IMG/VR virus record: IMGVR_UViG_3300031746_000019
Location: 1 to 58,517 of that record
DNA: 58,517 bases
Strand: one strand, 5' to 3'
Source: a virus
Lineage: Duplodnaviria > Caudoviricetes
Shown here: in pieces, positions 26,198-34,481 of the stretch
Layout: each line of letters opens with the position of its first letter
Position numbering within the stretch: position 1 is the first letter of the stretch
Made by a program: the position numbers and the translations under genes
The notes under the pieces: model-generated
Seen by the model: the letters and a program-made list of their open reading frames with translations, nothing else
Databases searched by the model: none
Told to the model about the DNA's origin: nothing

Positions 26198-26205
26198 CTT
26201 ATACC
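26198..26205 (-). promoter_or_regulatory. Candidate phage promoter motif GGTATAAG for the minus-strand island
   Basis: Exact motif copy about 50 nt upstream of ATG 26148. Confidence 0.6.
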
Positions 26206-26216
26206 CACGTTCGGGG

Positions 26217-26246
26217 TTGCTTGAGTGCCCATCGATCTGCTAGTTT
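26217..26246 (+). promoter_or_regulatory. Possible sigma70-like promoter for the RNAP gene
   Basis: TTGCTT-18 nt-TAGTTT with an extended -10 TGn. Confidence 0.35.
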
Positions 26247-26273
26247 AGACCAGCACACATAGGAGTCGGCCAC

Positions 26274-29200
26274 ATGGCTCGTCTTTCACCCGAAGAGGGG
26301 TTCGAGCTCCTCAAGGAAAGGGTGACTAAAACAGTCGATGGCCTCTTCCCCATCGTTGGGAAGAAGCACACCCTCGAATTGAAGAATGTCAACGTCGTCG
26401 ACGATCTCCACATTGACGACATTCGATCTCAGAAAGATGCGAAGGTCAATGGCCGCACCTGGGCCGTGCCCGTGGAAGCTACGGTCGCGCTTAAGGACAA
26501 CGTGACAGGCAAGGTAGTTGATCAGCAGAAGCTGAAGCTGATGAGCCTGCCAAAGTACACTCGTCGCTACTCCCACATTGTGGACGGGCAAGAGTATCAG
26601 ATCGATAACCAGTGGCGACTGAAGTCTGGGGTGTACGCTAGAGTAAAGGACAATGGGGAGCTCCAGTCTCAGTTCAACTTGGCCAAGGGTCGTGGTTTCA
26701 ATCTCGGATTCGATCCCCAGTCACGTCAGTTCACGATGGAGTACGGAACATCCAACATTCCATTGCGCCCACTGTTGCGGGAGCTTGGTGTTGGACAGGA
26801 CGAGATCGAGTCCAGGTGGGGCAAGGATATCGCGGGAGCTAACCCACACACTTCCGACCAGGCCTTGCTGAAGTTCTACAAAGCGGCCACAGGAAAGAAG
26901 GCTGATAGCGTAGATCAAGCACGTCTGCATCTACACGAGACGCTCGCAGGTACGGCTCTACTGCCCGCAACAACACGCATCACGCTGGGCAAGGAATACA
27001 AGTCTGTCACCGCTCCAGCGCTCATGGATGCTGCCACCAAGCTGCTTCACATCTCTCAAGGAAAGGCTCAGCCAGACTCACGAGACTCGCTGATGTTCAA
27101 GGAGCTGCACTCGACTGAGGACTTCATGTCCGAGCGCATCCAACAACACAGCCGGGACATCATGCGTAAGATCCAGAACAACTTAGATCGAAAGACCAAG
27201 GTACGGGAGGTGGTGGGCCCCGACATCTTCCAGAAGCCAGTACGCACGATGTACCGCACCACGCTGGCCAACATCCCAGAGCAGACCAACCCGCTAGAAA
27301 TGATCTCTGGTCAGTTCAAGACCACCATCACCGGGGAGGGCGGCGTCAAGAGCGCACATAAGATCTCAGAGGAAGCCAAGCTAGTTGATCCATCCCACCT
27401 CGGGTTCCTTGACCCTATCCACACACCTGAAGGTCAGTCCACGGGTGTCACTCTTCGTCTTCCTCTTGGTGTGAAGAAGCAGGGTCATGACGTACTGATC
27501 CGCATGCACAACATCAAGACTGGGAAGATGGAAAGCCTGAATCCTGAGCAGGCGATGACTACCAGATTCGTACTGCCGGACCAGGTAGAGTGGAAAGGGA
27601 GCAAGCCAGTACCCACAGGGAAGAGTGTCAAGATCAGTGGGGTGGGTAATGAGATCGTCCAAGGCTCTCTGAAGGACGCGCAGTACATCATGAAGGACCC
27701 CCTTCAGATGTTCTCGATCGCATCCAATCTGATCCCATTCATGCCTGCTGATCACCCGAACCGAAGCACGATGGCCGGTAGGCATATGGAGCAGGCCATT
27801 CCTCTTGCCGCTCGACAGCAACCGCTAGTGCAGAGCCTGGCCGGGAAGTCTTCCTTCGATCGCATCGTCGGCACCTTCGCGGGACATGACTCCCGGCATG
27901 ATGGAGAGGTTGTAAAGATCAAGCCAGACGGCATCACCATCAAGACGGCTGGAGGAAAGCTGATCGAGCAACAGATCTACGACAACTTCCCTCTGAATGC
28001 AGACAAGGCGTTCTTGCATTCCACCCCGCTCGTGAAGGTGGGGGACAAGGTGAAGAAGGGCCAGCCGCTGGCTGATACCAACTTCACCAAGGGGGGAGTC
28101 CTTGCGTTGGGGACGAACCTCCGCGTCGGGTACATGCCCTACAAGGGGTACAACTACGAGGACGGAGTCGTCATCAGTGAATCGGCGGCGAAAGACCTGT
28201 CCAGCGAGCACCTGCATAGAGCATCGCTTACGATAGATCCCAAGACCCACATTCTGGACACTGAGAAGTTCCGCTCCTATGTTCCTCAGGCTATGACTCG
28301 GGAGCAGGTCCGGAAGCTAGATGACGGAGGCGTCATCAAGCCCGGTGAGGTGGTACTCCCCGGAGATACTCTGATCGCTGCGCTGCGCAAGCGGCAGGAG
28401 CGGATGGAGGACAAGGAGCTTGCCCGTCTTCACAAGTCCTTGGTGAAGCCTTACCTCGACTCCAGTGTGAAGTGGGAGTCTGACTATCCGGGGGTCGTCA
28501 CGGAGGTCATACGTAGAGGTAAGGAGGCGATGGTCCACATCAAGACGCTCGAGCCCGCTGAGATCGGTGACAAGCTGGCTGGCAGGCACGGCAACAAGGG
28601 CATCATCACCAAGATCATTCCAGATCTTGAGATGCCCGCCACCAAGGATGGAAGACCCGTTCACGTACTGATGAACCCCACTGGCATACCTGGTCGAGTG
28701 AACCTGGGTCAGGTGCTGGAGACTGCGGCTGGAAAGATCGCGGAGAAGACAGGCTCAACGTACTACATCAAGAACTTCACCCCCAACACGGACCTCCACG
28801 CCGTGGTCACCGCAGACCTGAAGAAGCATGGGATCTCAGACAAGGAGGTCGTGGTAGACCCCACCACAGGACAAGAGCTCGGCTCAATCCTGGTTGGGCC
28901 GCAACACATCATCAAGCTCAAGCACCAGGTGGAGAAGAAGCTCGTCTCCAGAGCTGGCGGTTCCGGGTACACCTACGATCGGAACCTCGTACCCAAGGGC
29001 GGCGGACCTCATGGTGCCCAAGCACTTGGTCAGCTGGGGCTTTACTCCATGCTTGCACATGGAGCGAAGGCGAACCTGCGCGAGATGCAGACGATCAAGA
29101 GTGATGCAGCCCAGAGTGATGAGTTCTGGGCCGCCCTACAGGCTGGCGAGCCACTGCCTGCTCCGCGTCCTACGTTCGCGTACAACAAGTTCATCGCGTA

Positions 29201-32200
29201 CCTGAATGTCCTCGGGCTGAACGCCAAGAAGGACGGGAACAATCTTCAGCTCATCCCATTCACGGATAAACAGATCTTGGAGATGAGCAATGGTGCCATC
29301 AAGGACGCCGGGAAGATGGTCCGGGCCAAAGACCTGAAGGAGGAGAAGGGCGGACTGTTCGACCCTCATGTGACGGGGGGACATGACGGGACGAAGTGGG
29401 CGCATCTAACGTTGCCGGAGGCGTTGCCGAATCCGCTCTTCGAACGTGCGATCCAATCGCTTGTGGGTGTCACGGGCAAGCAGTACGACGACATCATCGC
29501 TGGAAGATTGGCCGTAGATCCAACCAAGGGGACCCTGACGAATGATACAGAGCGTCACCTAACCGCAGGTAAGGCGTTCTCTCGACTCCTCCAAGGCATC
29601 GATGTACCTAAGCAGCTCGAGGCAGCCAAGAAGGCGTTGGATAATCCCAACCTCAAGGGCAACCGCCTAGATCAAGCCAGCAAGAAGGTTCGATACCTAT
29701 CGGCGCTACAGAACGCAGGGTTGACTCCTCATGAGGCGTACATGACCAAGTACATCCCGGTCATACCGCCCATCATGCGTCCTCTGTCACAACGGCCAGA
29801 CGGGGAGATCAATTACGACGACCTGAACCATATGTACAAAGGCATTGGTCTGTCAGCCAGTAGGCTGGAGGGTGCATCTCCCCTACTTCCACAGAGCGAG
29901 CTGCACGAGATTCGTGCTGACATCTACGATGGGATGCGCTCATTGACTGGACTGGGTGGCCACGCCAATCGAGAAGCACGTGGCGTGTTGGACATCATCC
30001 AGGGGCATCGACCGGAGCGTGAGGGAGGAAAGGGGACGGGTCAGAAAGTTGGAAGCCCGAAGGAGGGATACTTCCAGAAGAAGCTGACTCAGCGGAAGCA
30101 AGATCTCTCCATGCGCTCCACCATTATCCCCGAGCCGGGGATGGGACTGGACGAGGTAGGGCTCCCAAGGTCGGCGGCGATGGAGATCTACAAGCCCTTC
30201 GTCATCCGGGAGATCAGGGGACTCACCGGGGTGAGCCCACTCGAAGCGCAGAAGCAGATCAAAGAAGGCGGCCCACTGGTATCCAGGGCGCTCGAGCGGG
30301 TGATGGAAGCTCGCCCTGTGCTCTTGAAGCGAGACCCCGTACTTCACAAGTATGGTATCCAGGCGTTCAAGCCCAGGATCGTAGCGGGAAAGGCCGTCCA
30401 GATCCATCCCCTCGTCACGTCCGGATTCAATGCGGACTTCGACGGGGATGCCATGTCTGCCTTCGTCCCAGTAGGAACAGACGCGGTAAGTGAAGCGTAC
30501 AAGATGCTTCCTTCACGCAATCTGTATAGCCCATCAACGGGCGATCTGATGTACCGACCCACCCACGAGTCACAGCTCGGACTTTACGGCCTGACCACTG
30601 TCGGCACGAAGACAGGCAAATCATTCAAGACAGTACCTGAAATGGAAGAGGCGCTTCTCAAAGGTAGCCTGAAACACAACGATCAGGTGAAGGTGGGCGC
30701 CTTCTCTTCCACTGCTGGTAGGTTTCTACTCTCCGCAGCATTGCCGGAAGCCATGCGAGCGGACTTCCTCAAGGGCAAGGAGCCGCTAGACGGAGGTGGG
30801 CAAGGCCGTCTACTCGAGCAGCTAGCCAAAGACCACCGGAATGACTACGGCATCGTCGTGAACAAGCTGAAGGACCTTGGGAACCGATGGTCCACCCAGT
30901 CCGCTTTCAGCATTGGAATGGAGGACACGAAGCCCGAGAGGGAACTGAGGGATTTAGTCTTGGACAAGGCCCATGCGGAGGTAGCACAGATCAAAGCCAA
31001 GACTCCTCATGAACGTGACGCCAAAGCCATACAGATCTATGGCAAGGCAACCCAGGAGTTGCAGAAGCAACTCAAGGCACTCCCCGATTCCCGAAGCAAC
31101 CTGTTCGTCATGTCCAGGGCTGGCATCAAGCCTGGAGACGATGCTCTCCGACAGATCAAAGTTGCCCCGATGTTGATCGCCAATGCCAAGGGCGAGACCA
31201 TCCCGCACCCTGTCACGAAGTCCTACTCGGAGGGGTTGGACATCGCTGACTACTGGACCTCCATGTCTGGGGCACGCAAAGGGATCATTCAGAAGGTGCA
31301 GCAGGTTCAGAAGCCTGGGTATATCTCCAAGCAGGTCATGAACTCGGTGATGGACAACATCATCGTCGATGATGACTGTGGTACCACGAAGGGCATCGCG
31401 CTGCATGTGGATGAGAAGGACATTTTAGACAGGCATCTTGCTGCGGACGTGAAGGTAGGCAAAAAGATCATCCCAGCCGGGACCCTAGTCACGCCAGATA
31501 TCCGGAGCACGCTTCGCAACAACAAGGTGGGGAGGGTTATGGTCCGCTCACCTCTTCGTTGCCAGCATGGTCCTGGGATCTGCAAGAAGTGTTTCGGTTT
31601 GACAGAAGATGGCAGGCATCCGGAGGCAGGCACCAACGTAGGAGTGATGGCGGGACAAGCATTGGGGGAGCGCGCCACACAGCTTGCGATGAAAGCGTTT
31701 CACACGGGGGGCACTGCTGCATCCAAGGAAGGTCTCGTGGATGAGTTTGAGCGGGTGCAGAACCTACTTCTCTTCCCGAAGACGCTGCCTGGATCTGCTA
31801 CGCTAAGTACCATGAGCGGGCGAGTGGAGAAGGTAGAGAAGGACCCAGCTGGAGGGCACAGTGTCTACATTGGGGGGCAGAGGCACTACGTCCCACAGAG
31901 TCGCGGTATCCCCGCCATTGAAGGGGAGATACTCAAGCGTGGGACTGAGGTGAAGAAGGGGGCCCCGATCTCTGGTGGTCCGATCAATCCCCACGAGATG
32001 CTACCTCTTACAGGTATCGAGCCGGTGCAGGGGTACCTAGCGGGGGAACTGCACAAGATCTATGGAGCGCACGGTATCCGCCGTAGGAACACGGAGGTTG
32101 TGGTAAAAGCGTTGACGAACCTCACCAAGATCGATGACCCTGGCAGTCATGGTGGGTTCATTCGCGGAGACTTTGCCCCGACATCTCTGGTCGCGAACAT

Positions 32201-32444
32201 CAACAGGCAGATGCCCAAGACGGGTAAGCCTGTGCTACACCAGCCTGTGCTCCGTGGTGTCAACGTCCTTCCTCTTGACATGCAGGAGGATTGGATCGCC
32301 AGAATGAATCACCAGAACATCACGAAGACTGTCACCGAGGCGGCGCAAGAGGGATGGACATCGAAGATGCACGGCAAGCATCCAATCCCACCTGTTGTGT
32401 ACGGGGCGGAGTTTGGCAAGGGCCCCAAGCACTGGGAGTACTGA
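26274..32444 (+). CDS. DNA-directed RNA polymerase, fused beta and beta' subunits (2056 aa), probably virion-associated
   Basis: Beta motifs TPEG, GYNYEDG, GDKLAGRHGNKG, NPTGIPGRVNLGQ, KLKHQ. Beta' motifs GLFDP, IPVIPP..RP, LKRDPVLH, NADFDGD (30429-30449), RSPLRC..IC..CFG, GERATQLAMKAFHTGG. Confidence 0.95.
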   Translation: MARLSPEEGFELLKERVTKTVDGLFPIVGKKHTLELKNVNVVDDLHIDDIRSQKDAKVNGRTWAVPVEATVALKDNVTGKVVDQQKLKLMSLPKYTRRYSHIVDGQEYQIDNQWRLKSGVYARVKDNGELQSQFNLAKGRGFNLGFDPQSRQFTMEYGTSNIPLRPLLRELGVGQDEIESRWGKDIAGANPHTSDQALLKFYKAATGKKADSVDQARLHLHETLAGTALLPATTRITLGKEYKSVTAPALMDAATKLLHISQGKAQPDSRDSLMFKELHSTEDFMSERIQQHSRDIMRKIQNNLDRKTKVREVVGPDIFQKPVRTMYRTTLANIPEQTNPLEMISGQFKTTITGEGGVKSAHKISEEAKLVDPSHLGFLDPIHTPEGQSTGVTLRLPLGVKKQGHDVLIRMHNIKTGKMESLNPEQAMTTRFVLPDQVEWKGSKPVPTGKSVKISGVGNEIVQGSLKDAQYIMKDPLQMFSIASNLIPFMPADHPNRSTMAGRHMEQAIPLAARQQPLVQSLAGKSSFDRIVGTFAGHDSRHDGEVVKIKPDGITIKTAGGKLIEQQIYDNFPLNADKAFLHSTPLVKVGDKVKKGQPLADTNFTKGGVLALGTNLRVGYMPYKGYNYEDGVVISESAAKDLSSEHLHRASLTIDPKTHILDTEKFRSYVPQAMTREQVRKLDDGGVIKPGEVVLPGDTLIAALRKRQERMEDKELARLHKSLVKPYLDSSVKWESDYPGVVTEVIRRGKEAMVHIKTLEPAEIGDKLAGRHGNKGIITKIIPDLEMPATKDGRPVHVLMNPTGIPGRVNLGQVLETAAGKIAEKTGSTYYIKNFTPNTDLHAVVTADLKKHGISDKEVVVDPTTGQELGSILVGPQHIIKLKHQVEKKLVSRAGGSGYTYDRNLVPKGGGPHGAQALGQLGLYSMLAHGAKANLREMQTIKSDAAQSDEFWAALQAGEPLPAPRPTFAYNKFIAYLNVLGLNAKKDGNNLQLIPFTDKQILEMSNGAIKDAGKMVRAKDLKEEKGGLFDPHVTGGHDGTKWAHLTLPEALPNPLFERAIQSLVGVTGKQYDDIIAGRLAVDPTKGTLTNDTERHLTAGKAFSRLLQGIDVPKQLEAAKKALDNPNLKGNRLDQASKKVRYLSALQNAGLTPHEAYMTKYIPVIPPIMRPLSQRPDGEINYDDLNHMYKGIGLSASRLEGASPLLPQSELHEIRADIYDGMRSLTGLGGHANREARGVLDIIQGHRPEREGGKGTGQKVGSPKEGYFQKKLTQRKQDLSMRSTIIPEPGMGLDEVGLPRSAAMEIYKPFVIREIRGLTGVSPLEAQKQIKEGGPLVSRALERVMEARPVLLKRDPVLHKYGIQAFKPRIVAGKAVQIHPLVTSGFNADFDGDAMSAFVPVGTDAVSEAYKMLPSRNLYSPSTGDLMYRPTHESQLGLYGLTTVGTKTGKSFKTVPEMEEALLKGSLKHNDQVKVGAFSSTAGRFLLSAALPEAMRADFLKGKEPLDGGGQGRLLEQLAKDHRNDYGIVVNKLKDLGNRWSTQSAFSIGMEDTKPERELRDLVLDKAHAEVAQIKAKTPHERDAKAIQIYGKATQELQKQLKALPDSRSNLFVMSRAGIKPGDDALRQIKVAPMLIANAKGETIPHPVTKSYSEGLDIADYWTSMSGARKGIIQKVQQVQKPGYISKQVMNSVMDNIIVDDDCGTTKGIALHVDEKDILDRHLAADVKVGKKIIPAGTLVTPDIRSTLRNNKVGRVMVRSPLRCQHGPGICKKCFGLTEDGRHPEAGTNVGVMAGQALGERATQLAMKAFHTGGTAASKEGLVDEFERVQNLLLFPKTLPGSATLSTMSGRVEKVEKDPAGGHSVYIGGQRHYVPQSRGIPAIEGEILKRGTEVKKGAPISGGPINPHEMLPLTGIEPVQGYLAGELHKIYGAHGIRRRNTEVVVKALTNLTKIDDPGSHGGFIRGDFAPTSLVANINRQMPKTGKPVLHQPVLRGVNVLPLDMQEDWIARMNHQNITKTVTEAAQEGWTSKMHGKHPIPPVVYGAEFGKGPKHWEY

Positions 32445-32445
32445 C

Positions 32446-32796
32446 GTGAACGTGATCACGGAGACTGCTTTTCTAGACGAGCTGGAGAAGATTGCTCTCC
32501 CCGGTTTTTTGGGAGGGCTAGCTAAGGGTTGGGGGGCTGCCGGTAGCAGCATGAAGCGTACAGGAATGGGCATGGGTACTGCCTTGAAGAGTGCCCCCAA
32601 TGTCTGGAAAGAAAGCGGTAACATAGCGAACAGCCTCGGCGCGAAAGAGAAAGGACTCGGCGCTTTCGCCCTCGGCGCCAGAGTCGGCGGCGTTGGCAGA
32701 ATGGTAGCCAAGCCAGCAGCGATTGCTGGTGGTGGTCTTTACGCCGGACACAAATTGTTGGGTGGGCAGCAACCACAGCAACAGCAGAGGTACTGA
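32446..32796 (+). CDS. Leader-family small Gly-rich basic protein (116 aa)
   Basis: GTG start with a GGGAG SD; AFLDELEKIA leader. Confidence 0.65.
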   Translation: MNVITETAFLDELEKIALPGFLGGLAKGWGAAGSSMKRTGMGMGTALKSAPNVWKESGNIANSLGAKEKGLGAFALGARVGGVGRMVAKPAAIAGGGLYAGHKLLGGQQPQQQQRY

Positions 32797-32797
32797 C

Positions 32798-33193
32798 ATG
32801 GATAAGGTAGCAATGATGGAAGCGGCGTTCTTGGATGAGCTTGAGAAGATCGGTGTGGACTGGGGCGGGCTTGGGAAGACCCTGAGTGGCTGGGGGAGCA
32901 AGAACGTCCTTGGCTCCACCCTGGGTACGCACGCCAAGCGCTTCGCCGTCGGTGCTGTTCCCGGCGTGGTTGCTGGGGCTGCTGCTGGTGGACCGGGCCA
33001 TCGCCTGAGTGGAGCTGTGAAGGGCGGAGTGGTAGGCGGGGCCACTGGTGTAGCAGGAGGGGCTCTCCTCCAGCGCCGAGCCGCCAACCTAGCCAAGGGT
33101 ACCAAGGGGCTTAGTGCTTTTGAAGGTCCGCTACGCCCGGATGTGTCGCAGCAGGTTTCCAACATCAGTGGTCAGACACTACCGGGGATCTAG
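32798..33193 (+). CDS. Leader-family small Gly-rich basic protein (131 aa)
   Basis: MDKVAMMEAAFLDELEKIG; Gly-zipper segments. Confidence 0.65.
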   Translation: MDKVAMMEAAFLDELEKIGVDWGGLGKTLSGWGSKNVLGSTLGTHAKRFAVGAVPGVVAGAAAGGPGHRLSGAVKGGVVGGATGVAGGALLQRRAANLAKGTKGLSAFEGPLRPDVSQQVSNISGQTLPGI

Positions 33194-33194
33194 G

Positions 33195-34478
33195 TTGGCA
33201 GATACCTTCTCCAATTCCAAGGCCACACGTGGCACAGGTGCCGCCGTTATTGAGACGGGCGTGATCGCCAACGTCAACGTTCGCAACATGACGGTGGACT
33301 GGGTCTCTCAGTACAGTGGCAAACAGATCACAGACCTCCAGGTGATGGCCCCCTACTTCCACTACAACAACGGGGAGGGTTTCACCTGCGTGCCTGAAGT
33401 GGGGGCGATCTGTTGCGTATGCTTCCCTTCTGATCAAGATTCCCCCTTCGTCATAGGATTTCTTGGTGGGCCAGAGCTCGAGGGGGCCGGGGTTGATAAA
33501 TACCTTGACGAAAAGCTGACCGACCCTGGCGTGGAGACTTCCACGGATATCACCCCTGGACAGACCACTTCGTCTGGGGGATCGACGGAGCCTGCGGAGA
33601 CCACCAACCCTACAAATGCCAGCTTCCGTGGTGGCAGGCCCATCCTGAACCCTGGAGACATGTACTGGCAGGGTCGGGATGAGAACTTTGTCATCCTGCG
33701 GCGGGGTGGTGTACTTCAGATTGGCGCCACCAACATCTGCCAGCGGGCCTACATTCCTCTCCTGAACTACATCCGGGACTTCAGTGAGAACTACGAGCTC
33801 AACACCGCAGCGGGCAGTCTGAACTGGTCAGTCCAGCGGCAGGAGAATGATCCAGAAGGGAACGCCCCGACCGAGTTCGTACTTACGACACGTGAGTTCG
33901 CTCAAGACAAGAAGGCATCAATCAAGCTCAGCATCGGCTCTCTAGAAGAGGCCGAGAAGCCACCAGGTGGCGACAAGACCTTCATTGAGCTGGTGATAGC
34001 ACCCCAGAAAATCAAGCCTGACACAGGTGAGGTAGAGGGGACCCCTGTCTACGTAGTCCGGCTGGACAAGGCCGGCAACTCCTACGTTATGCAGGCCAAG
34101 GACCGGACGGAAGAGATCAAGGGCAGCCTCACGACTACAATTTCTGGTTCTCGCACGACGAAGATTCAGGGTAGCGACACCACCAACATCACGGGTGATT
34201 CGGATATTAAGATTGGTGGAGTGAGTAAGGAGCAGGGATCTGTGAGCCAAGAGACTTGGTCCACATCCAAAGTGATCTCTGCCCCCCAATTACTACTTGG
34301 TGGGGCAGGTGCTTCCGAGCCAGCCGTACTTGGGCTAAAATTGGCAGCATGGCTGGCTGGCCACACGCACATGGTAAAAGCAATGCCTGACCCAGGTGGT
34401 GGTACGATACCAACACTGCCTCCAGTACAGGCAGCAGGCACCAAGGACTTGATCAGTAAGTCCATAAAGGTTCTCTAG
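33195..34478 (+). CDS. Baseplate central spike protein (gpV/gp5-like)
   Basis: N-terminal OB-fold-like 'GVIANVN...VPEVGAICCVCF...PFVIGF'; beta-helix-like repeats (..I.GS.TT.I.G); HTH metal-binding apex near the C-terminus. TTG start 1 nt after the previous stop. Confidence 0.65.
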   Translation: MADTFSNSKATRGTGAAVIETGVIANVNVRNMTVDWVSQYSGKQITDLQVMAPYFHYNNGEGFTCVPEVGAICCVCFPSDQDSPFVIGFLGGPELEGAGVDKYLDEKLTDPGVETSTDITPGQTTSSGGSTEPAETTNPTNASFRGGRPILNPGDMYWQGRDENFVILRRGGVLQIGATNICQRAYIPLLNYIRDFSENYELNTAAGSLNWSVQRQENDPEGNAPTEFVLTTREFAQDKKASIKLSIGSLEEAEKPPGGDKTFIELVIAPQKIKPDTGEVEGTPVYVVRLDKAGNSYVMQAKDRTEEIKGSLTTTISGSRTTKIQGSDTTNITGDSDIKIGGVSKEQGSVSQETWSTSKVISAPQLLLGGAGASEPAVLGLKLAAWLAGHTHMVKAMPDPGGGTIPTLPPVQAAGTKDLISKSIKVL

Positions 34479-34481
34479 GAG

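Noticed and set aside
26274-32444. Cellular rpoBC locus (host chromosome or contamination)
   Set aside because: No flanking ribosomal protein genes, strongly reduced and divergent sequence, and embedded between portal and terminase.
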